Origin: Eukaryota sp. TZLM1-RC
Taxonomy: Eukaryota; Protista; Metamonada: BaSk clade
Length of the DNA stretch: 64,000 nucleotides
Direction: 5' to 3'
Assembly (NCBI GenBank): GCA_040285825.1
Contig: JAUPSS010000014.1
Location: 324,321 to 388,320 of the forward strand
In this document: positions 58,185 through 64,000 of the stretch, piece after piece
Numbering within the stretch: position 1 is the stretch's first letter
Layout of the letters: every line of letters begins with the position of its first letter
Notes under the pieces: model-generated
Told to the model about the DNA's origin: nothing
The model's input: only the letters and a program-made list of their open reading frames with translations
The model's database searches: none
Made by a program: the position numbers and the translations under genes

Positions 58185-61100
58185 TATAGCACCGGATCCC
58201 ATTCCGAATTCCGAAGTTAAGCGGCCACAGGCCTGGTCAGTAGTTGGGTGGGAGACCACCAGCGAACACTGGGTGCTGCATCCTTTTAACTTTTGTTTGG
58301 ATTATTATTTCTTTACTGAAATTTCCTTGAACTTTAAAGGTCGCATTTGTGTGATTTATGGTCTTAAATTTTTTGAAAACAAAACATCTCTTCGAATTTT
58401 GAATAAATCAATTACAACCAGTGTTCTATTGAACCCAATTATATCAAACAGATGATGATTTCAAATTAGAATTATGTTTTGTATTTAATAATGTTTACAT
58501 TCGCAACTGGTACTTTACAATTGGATGCGGCCATACTTGGTCTATAGCACCGGATCCCATTCCGAATTCCGAAGTTATGCGGCCACAGGCCTGGTCAGTA
58601 GTTGGGTGGGAGACCACCAGCGAACACTGGGTGCTGCATCCTTTTAACTTTTGTTTGGATTATTATTTCTTTACTGAAATTTCCTTGAACTTTAAAGGTC
58701 GCATTTGTGTGATTTATGGTCTTAAAATTTTTTGAAAACAAAACATCTCTTCGAATTTTGAATAAATCAATTACAACCAGTGTTCTATTGAACCCAATTA
58801 TATCAAACAGATGATGATTTCAAATTAGAATTATGTTTTGTATTTAATAATGTTTACATTCGCAACTGGTACTTTACAATTGGATGCGGCCATACTTGGT
58901 CTATAGCACCGGATCCCATTCCGAATTCCGAAGTTAAGCGGCCACAGGCCTGGTCAGTAGTTGGGTGGGAGACCACCAGCGAACACTGGGTGCTGCATCC
59001 TTTTAACTTTTGTTTGGATTATTATTTCTTTACTGAAATTTCCTTGAACTTTAAAGGTCGCATTTGTGTGATTTATGGTCTTAAAATTTTTGAAAACAAA
59101 ACATCTCTTCGAATTTTGAATAAATCAATTACAACCAGTGTTCTATTGAACCCAATTATATCAAACAGATGATGATTTCAAATTAGAATTATGTTTTGTA
59201 TATAATAATGTTTACATTCGCAACTGGTACTTTACAATTGGATGCGGCCATACTTGGTCTATAGCACCGGATCCCATTGTGAATTCCGAAGTTAAGCGGC
59301 CACAGGCCTGGTCAGTAGTTGGGTGGGAGACCACCAGCGAACACTGGGTGCTGCATTCTTTTAACTTTTGTTTGGATTATTATTTCTTTACTGAAATTTG
59401 CTTGAACTTTAAAGGTCGCATTTGTGTGATTTATGGTCTTAAATTTTTTGAAAACAAAACATCTCTTCGAATTTTGAATAAATCAATTACAACCAGTGTT
59501 TTATTGAACCAAATTGTACCAAACAGTTGGTGATTTCACATTAAAATTATGTTTTGTATTTAATAATGTTGACATTCGCAACTGGTACTTTACAATTGGA
59601 TGCGGCCATACTTGGTCTATAGCACCGGATCCCATTCCGAATTCCGAAGTTAAGCGGCCACAGGCCTGGTCAGTAGTTGGGTGGGAGACCACCAGCGAAC
59701 ACTGGGTGCTGCATCCTTTTAACTTTTGTTTGGATTAATATTTCTTTACTGAAATTTCCTTGAACATTAAAGGTCGCATTTGTGTGATTTATGGTCTTGA
59801 AATTTTTTGAAAACAAAACATCTCTTCGAATTTTGAATAAATCAATTACAACCAGTGTTCTATTGAACCCAATTATATCAAACAGATGATGATTTCAAAT
59901 TAGAATTATGTTTTGTATATAATAATGTTTACATTCGCAACTGGTACTTTACAATTGGATGCGGCCATACTTGGTCTATAGCACCGGATCCCATTCTGAA
60001 TTCCGAAGTTAAGCGGCCACAGGCCTGGTCAGTAGTTGGGTGGGAGACCACCAGCGAACACTGGGTGCTGCATTCTTTTAACTTTTGTTTGGATTATTAT
60101 TTCTTTACTGAAATTTCCTTGAACTTTAAAGGTCGCATTTGTGTGATTTATGGTCTTAAATTTTTTGAAAACAAAACATCTCTTCGAATTTTGAATAAAT
60201 CAATTACAACCAGTGTTTTATTGAACCAAATTGTACCAAACAGTTGGTGATTTCACATTAAAATTATGTTTTGTATTTAATAATGTTGACATTCGCAACT
60301 GGTACTTTACAATTGGATGCGGCCATACTTGGTCTATAGCACCGGATCCCATTCCGAATTCCGAAGTTTAGCGGCCACAGGCCTGGTCAGTAGTTGGGTG
60401 GGAGACCACCAGCGAACACTGGGTGCTGCATCCTTTTAACTTTTGTTTGGATTAATATTTCTTTACTGAAATTTCCTTGAACTTTAAAGGTCGCATTTGT
60501 GTGATTTATGGTCTTGAAATTTTTTGAAAACAAAACATCTCTTCGAATTTTGAATAAATCAATTACAACCAGTGTTCTATTGAACCCAATTATATCAAAC
60601 AGATTATGATTTCAAATTTGAATTATGTTTTGTATTTAATAATGTTTACATTCGCAACTGGTACTTTACAGTTGGATGCGGCCATACTTGGTCTATAGCA
60701 CCGGATCCCATTCCGAATTCCGAAGTTAAGCGGCCACAGGCCTGGTCAGTAGTTGGGTGGGAGACCACCAGCGAACACTGGGTGCTGCATCCTTTTAACT
60801 TTTGTTTGGATTAATATTTCTTTACTGAAATTTCCTTGAACTTTAAAGGTCGCATTTGTGTGATTTATGGTCTTGAAATTTTTTGAAAACAAAACATCTC
60901 TTCGAATTTTGAATAAATCAATTACAACCAGTGTTCTATTGAACCCAATTATATCAAACAGATTATGATTTCAAATTTGAATTATGTTTTGTATTTAATA
61001 ATGTTTACATTCGCAACTGGTACTTTACAATTGGATGCGGCCATACTTGGTCTATAGCACCGGATCCCATTCCGAATTCCGAAGTTAAGCGGCCACAGGC

Positions 61101-64000
61101 CTGGTCAGTAGTTGGGTGGGAGACCACCAGCGAACACTGGGTGCTGCATCCTTTTAACTTTTGTTTGGATTATTATTTCTTTACTGAAATTTCCTTGAAC
61201 TTTAAAGGTCGCATTTGTGTGATTTATGGTCTTAAAATTTTTGAAAACAAAACATCTCTTCGAATTTTGAATAAATCAATTACAACCAGTGTTCTATTGA
61301 ACCCAATTATATCAAACAGATGATGATTTCAAATTAGAATTATGTTTTGTATTTAATAATGTTTACATTCGCAACTGGTACTTTACAATTGGATGCGGCC
61401 ATACTTGGTCTATAGCACCGGATCCCATTCCGAATTCCGAAGTTAAGCGGCCACAGGCCTGGTCAGTAGTTGGGTGGGAGACCACCAGCGAACACTGGGT
61501 GCTGCATCCATTTAACTTTTGTTTGGATTATTATTTCTTTACTGAAATTTCCTTGAACTTTAAAGGTCGCATTTGTGTGATTTATGGTCTTAAAATTTTT
61601 TGAAAACAAAACATCTCTTCGAATTTTGAATAAATCAATTACAACCAGTGTTCTATTGAACCCAATTATATCAAACAGATGATGATTTCAAATTAGAATT
61701 ATGTTTTGTATTTAATAATGTTTACATTCGCAACTGGTACTTTACAATTGGATGCGGCCATACTTGGTCTATAGCACCGGATCCCATTCCGAATTCCGAA
61801 GTTAAGTGGCCACAGGCCTGGTCAGTAGTTGGGTGGGAGACCACCAGCGAACACTGGGTGCTGCATCCTTTTAACTTTTGTTTGGATTATTATTTCTTTA
61901 CTGAAATTTCCTTGAACTTTAAAGGTCGCATTTGTGTGATTTATGGTCTTAAAATTTTTTGAAAACAAAACATCTCTTCGAATTTTGAATAAATCAATTA
62001 AAACCAGTGTTCTATTGAACCCAATTATATCAAACAGATGATGATTTCAAATTAGAATTATGTTTTGTATTTAATAATGTTGACATTCGCAACTGGTACT
62101 TTACAATTGGATGCGGCCATACTTGGTCTATAGCACCGGATCCCATTCCGAATTCCGAAGTTAAGCGGCCTCAGGCCTGGTCAGTAGTTGGGTGGGAGAC
62201 CACCAGCGAACACTGGGTGCTGCATCCTTTTAACTTTTGTTTGGATTAATATTTCTTTACTGAAATTTCCTTGAACTTTAAAGGTCGCATTTGTGTGATT
62301 TATGGTCTTGAAATTTTTTGAAAACAAAACATCTCTTCGAATTTTGAATAAATCAATTACAACCAGTGTTCTATTGAACCCAATTATATCAAACAGATTA
62401 TGATTTCAAATTTGAATTATGTTTTGTATTTAATAATGTTTACATTCGCAACTGGTACTTTACAATTGGATGCGGCCATACTTGGTCTATAGCACCGGAT
62501 CCCATTCCGAATTCCGAAGTTAAGCGGCCACAGGCCTGGTCAGTAGTTGGTGGGAGACCACCAGCGAACACTGGGTGCTGCATCCTTTTAACTTTTGTTT
62601 GGATTATTATTTCTTTACTGAAATTTCCTTGAACTTTAAAGGTCGCATTTGTGTGATTTATGGTCTTAAAATTTTTTGAAAACAAAACATCTCTTCGAAT
62701 TTTGAATAAATCAATTACAACCAGTGTTCTATTGAACCCAATTATATCAAACAGATGATGATTTCAAATTAGAATTATGTTTTTGTATTTAATAATGTTT
62801 ACATTCGCAACTGGTACTTTACAATTGGATGCGGCCATACTTGGTCTATAGCACCGGATCCCATTCCGAATTCCGAAGTTAAGCGGCCACAGGCCTGGTC
62901 AGTAGTTGGGTGGGAGACCACCAGCGAACACTGGGTGCTGCATCCATTTAACTTTTGTTTGGATTATTATTTCTTTACTGAAATTTCCTTGAACTTTAAA
63001 GGTCGCATTTGTGTGATTTATGGTCTTAAAATTTTTGAAAACAAAACATCTCTTCGAATTTTTGAATAAATCAATTACAACCAGTGTTCTATTGAACCCA
63101 ATTATATCAAACAGATGATGATTTCAAATTAGAATTATGTTTTGTATTTAATAATGTTTACATTCGCAACTGGTACTTTACAATTGGATGCGGCCATACT
63201 TGGTCTATAGCACCGGATCCCATTCGAATTCCGAAGTTAAGTGGCCACAGGCCTGGTCAGTAGTTGGGTGGGAGACCACCAGCGAACACTGGGTGCTGCA
63301 TCCTTTTAACTTTTGTTTGGATTATTATTTCTTTACTGAAATTTCCTTGAACTTTAAAGGTCGCATTTGTGTGATTTATGGTCTTAAAATTTTTGAAAAC
63401 AAAACATCTCTTCGAATTTTTGAATAAATCAATTAAAACCAGTGTTCTATTGAACCCAATTATATCAAACAGATGATGATTTCAAATTAGAATTATGTTT
63501 TGTATTTAATAATGTTGACATTCGCAACTGGTACTTTACAATTGGATGCGGCCATACTTGGTCTATAGCACCGGATCCCATTCCGAATTCCGAAGTTAAG
63601 CGGCCTCAGGCCTGGTCAGTAGTTGGGTGGGGAGACCACCAGCGAACACTGGGTGCTGCATCCTTTTAACTTTTGTTTGGATTATTATTTCTTTACTGAA
63701 ATTTCCTTGAACTTTAAAGGTCGCATTTGTGTGATTTATGGTCTTAAAATTTTTGAAAACAAAACATCTCTTCGAATTTTTGAATAAATCAATTACAACC
63801 AGTGTTCTATTGAACCCAATTATATCAAACAGATGATGATTTCAAATTAGAATTATGTTTTGTATATAATAATGTTTACATTCGCAACTGGTACTTTACA
63901 ATTGGATGCGGTCATACTTGGTCTATAGCACCGGATCCCATTCCGAATTCCGAAGTTAAGCGGCCACAGGCCTGGTCAGTAGTTGGGTGGGAGACCACCA

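Larger units (their letters stand above)
56469..58283 (+). pseudogene. 5S rRNA gene split by a DNA transposon (56469-56490 and 58187-58283)
   Basis: GGATGCGGCCATACTTGGTC-TA-[element]-TA-TAGCACCGG. Confidence 0.95.
50287..64000 (+). repeat. Tandem 5S rDNA array, ~359-bp unit (119-nt gene + ~240-nt AT-rich spacer), 34 units, continues past the window end
   Basis: Gene starts at 50390, 50750, 51111, 51470, 51829, 52190 ... 63544, 63904 with near-identical spacers. Confidence 0.97.

Noticed and set aside
51014-63427. Repeated 60-84 aa ORFs in the tandem array
   Set aside because: They are translations of 5S rRNA genes and spacers and vary with single-base indels.
50287-64000. CRISPR-like repeat/spacer array, or SL RNA/snRNA/snoRNA in the 5S spacer
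   Set aside because: Spacers are near-identical rather than unique. Sm-like (AATTTTTG) and C-box-like (ATGATGA) words are expected by chance in AT-rich DNA, and no supporting structure was seen.

Overview
AT-rich, gene-dense eukaryotic (protist-like) nuclear DNA with few, very short introns. Host genes: eIF2B-delta, a class I SAM methyltransferase, an LRR-like protein, an intronless DNA-PKcs, a coiled-coil protein, CPSF73, a COMM-domain protein, an IQ-motif protein and a uridine kinase with a 30-nt intron. The intergenic space is filled with decayed mobile DNA: (i) CRE-like non-LTR retrotransposons (RT + CCHC + restriction-like endonuclease), (ii) very short TG...CA solo-LTR-like inserts with 4-bp target duplications, (iii) about six Fanzor/TnpB-like RNA-guided nuclease remnants from at least three lineages, one near full length with all three RuvC motifs and a structured 3' flank (candidate omegaRNA), and (iv) a family-B DNA polymerase fragment. 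A P-loop NTPase + PD-(D/E)xK nuclease (Crinkler-type) gene occurs twice as an inverted duplication about 24 kb apart. The last 13.7 kb is a tandem 5S rDNA array (34 units of about 359 bp by manual count). One 5S gene is split at a TA by a 1694-bp pogo/Tc1-mariner transposon with perfect 43-bp TIRs. All calls come from reading motifs by eye; no database search was run, and boundaries of decayed elements are approximate.
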